Assembly: GCA_003517845.1 (NCBI GenBank)
Contig: DOZU01000206.1
Coordinates: forward strand, 1-34,309
DNA: 34,309 nucleotides
Reading direction: 5' to 3'
From: Clostridiales bacterium
GTDB lineage: Bacteria; Bacillota; Sulfobacillia; UBA995
Below are positions 32,881-34,309 of the stretch, piece after piece. The number at the start of each line of letters is the position of its first letter. Positions within the stretch are counted from its first letter, which is position 1. Below the pieces are notes generated by a model. The model searched no databases and was not told where the DNA came from. It saw only the letters and a program-made list of their open reading frames with translations. The translations under genes were made by a program, and so were the position numbers.

Positions 32881-34309
32881 CCAGGCACATCCTGACCGTT
32901 GACCTGGAGCGAGGCACCTGTTCCTCGCGCGACCTCCCCGCCGAGGCCGGGCGGGAGTTCCTCGGTGGCGGCGGGCTGGCCGCCTGGCTCTATTGGCAGG
33001 AGCTGTCCGCCGGGCGTTCGCCGGATGATCCACTGTACATCATGACCGGTCCTCTCACCGGCACGCCCATCCCTTTCTGCCCCAGGGCCGTGGTCGCCGG
33101 CCGTTCGCCGCTGACCCGCCGCTGGGGAGAAGCCAACTTCGGCGGATGGTTCGGCCCGGAACTCCGCCGCGCGGGATTCGACGGGATCGAGCTCCGGGGC
33201 GCGGCGGCCACCCCTAGCTACCTGCGGGTCAGGGAGGGCGAGGCGGAACTGGTCGATGCTCGCCACCTGTGGGGCCGGGACACCTATGAGGTGACGGACG
33301 CGCTCGGCGGACAGGGTCGCGTGTTGGCCATCGGCCCGGCCGGAGAGAGCCAGGTGCCCTATGCCGCCGTGGTGACGGACAAGGGCCACATAGCCGGGCG
33401 GACCGGCATGGGCGCGGTGATGGGAGCCAAGCGGCTGAAAGCCGTGGTGGTTAAGGGATCGCGCCGGCCGCCGGTGGCCGATTCCCGGGCGGTCACCGCC
33501 CTGCGCCGCCGGCTCACCGACGCCGCACGCGAGAATCTCCTGGCGCAGGCATTGAGCGTCTTCGGGACGCTGGCCTCGCTGGACTCGGGGTGCCTGATCG
33601 GCGATATTCCCCTCCGCAACTGGTCTCAGGGTAGCTGGGACGCGGGATTCGAGAAGCTCACCGCCGCAGGCTACCAGGAGGTGCTGGGGGATGGCCGGGG
33701 CACCTGTTACGGTTGCCCGATCGGCTGCAAACGCCGGATCACGCTGGACGGGATCGCGGCACCCGGCCCGGAATACGAGACGGTGGCCGCTTTCGGCTCC
33801 CTGCTGCTGGTAGACGATCTCGCCGCCATCGCCCGGATCAACGACCGGTGTAACCGCCTGGGGATGGATACGATAAGCTGCGGCTGCACCCTGGCCTTCG
33901 CCACCGAGTGCCAGGAGGCCGGCCTGCTCACCCCGGAGCAAGTCGGGGGCGTTCACTTGCGCTGGGGAGACCCCGGTCCCTTGCTCGAGGTGCTGCCTTT
34001 GATCGCCCGCCGGGAGGGCCTCGGGGCCCTGCTTGCCCTGGGTTCGGCGTCCATGGCCGATGCGCTCGGCGAAGCCTCCCGGGCCTTCCTCACCACCGTG
34101 CGGCGGCTGGAGGCGCCGATGCACGACCCGCGCGCCCTGCATGGCCTGGGGCTGGCTTATGCGACCTCGACCAGGGGCGCGTGCCATGTCGAGAGCGGGA
34201 CCCTGTGGCTCGAACAAAGCGCATCGTCTCTGCCCGAGTTCGGGTTGGAGGGGCCGTTCGCGATGGGTACGGCCGACGGCAAGGCTAGAATGGTCATGTT
34301 CGCCCAGGA
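32877..34309 (+). CDS. aor: aldehyde:ferredoxin oxidoreductase family, second paralog (3' end outside window)
   Basis: The ATG at 32877 overlaps the SCP2 stop (ATGA). My translation reads MTRHILTVDLERGTCSSRDLPAEAGREFLGGGGLAAWLYW...IMTGPLTGTPIPF...GRTGMGAVMGAKRLKAVVVKG...CYGCPIGC...PEYETVAAFG...GACH. The frame stays open to the window end, so it is not in the ORF track. Confidence 0.85.
   Translation, partial: MTRHILTVDLERGTCSSRDLPAEAGREFLGGGGLAAWLYWQELSAGRSPDDPLYIMTGPLTGTPIPFCPRAVVAGRSPLTRRWGEANFGGWFGPELRRAGFDGIELRGAAATPSYLRVREGEAELVDARHLWGRDTYEVTDALGGQGRVLAIGPAGESQVPYAAVVTDKGHIAGRTGMGAVMGAKRLKAVVVKGSRRPPVADSRAVTALRRRLTDAARENLLAQALSVFGTLASLDSGCLIGDIPLRNWSQGSWDAGFEKLTAAGYQEVLGDGRGTCYGCPIGCKRRITLDGIAAPGPEYETVAAFGSLLLVDDLAAIARINDRCNRLGMDTISCGCTLAFATECQEAGLLTPEQVGGVHLRWGDPGPLLEVLPLIARREGLGALLALGSASMADALGEASRAFLTTVRRLEAPMHDPRALHGLGLAYATSTRGACHVESGTLWLEQSASSLPEFGLEGPFAMGTADGKARMVMFAQ

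Noticed and set aside
31114-34217. 639-aa and 464-aa minus-strand ORFs (31114-33033, 32823-34217)
   Set aside because: They are shadow ORFs opposite the MoaD-like, Fe-ADH, SCP2 and AOR-2 genes. They have no family signatures and are low-complexity and Arg/Pro/Gly-rich.
1-34309. Search for CRISPR arrays, tRNA/rRNA genes, transposases, integrases, phage genes or classical defence-system genes
   Set aside because: I found no regularly spaced direct repeats, no cloverleaf-like or rRNA-like segments, and no ORF with DDE/tyrosine-recombinase, restriction-modification, helicase-nuclease or similar signatures. The only mobile-type relic is the dead TA pair.

Overview
This is a visibly GC-rich bacterial chromosomal segment. 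It has GGAGG-type ribosome-binding sites and many start/stop overlaps, which indicates long operons. I saw no rRNA, tRNA, CRISPR array, transposase or integrase.

The window divides into five blocks:

1. **1-10989.** A GntR regulator (partial) is divergent from a ten-gene sugar/polyol operon. The operon unusually combines a tungsten-type aldehyde:ferredoxin oxidoreductase (AOR), a MoaD/ThiS-like diglycine protein, three dehydrogenases, an FGGY kinase, a cupin-type (archaeal-type) phosphoglucose isomerase, a KDPG-type aldolase and an MFS transporter.
2. **11136-16375.** A DinB-family protein, a P2A-type cation ATPase behind a 342-nt leader, and an overlapping PucR-family regulator.
3. **16372-25061.** This is the best candidate for an undescribed system. 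It is a tight operon built almost wholly from uncharacterised families: OPT transporter, DUF1177 (divergent), DUF917, AroM, two hydantoin-racemase-like proteins, two M29/NicX-like proteins and DUF4282.
4. **25241-29647.** A zone of gene decay. It holds an AmmeMemoRadiSam radical-SAM gene with an in-frame deletion of its catalytic core next to an intact Memo/AmrB gene. It also holds a secreted Cu-amine-oxidase-N / degenerate SNase / trypsin-like multidomain protein, followed by a frameshifted tandem copy of its own C-terminal module. The last element is an RHH antitoxin with a dead RelE/ParE toxin.
5. **29959-34309.** A second AOR module: saccharopine-dehydrogenase-like protein, second MoaD-like protein, Fe-ADH, SCP2 and a partial AOR.

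All family calls rest on by-eye motif recognition in the supplied translations. No database search was run.
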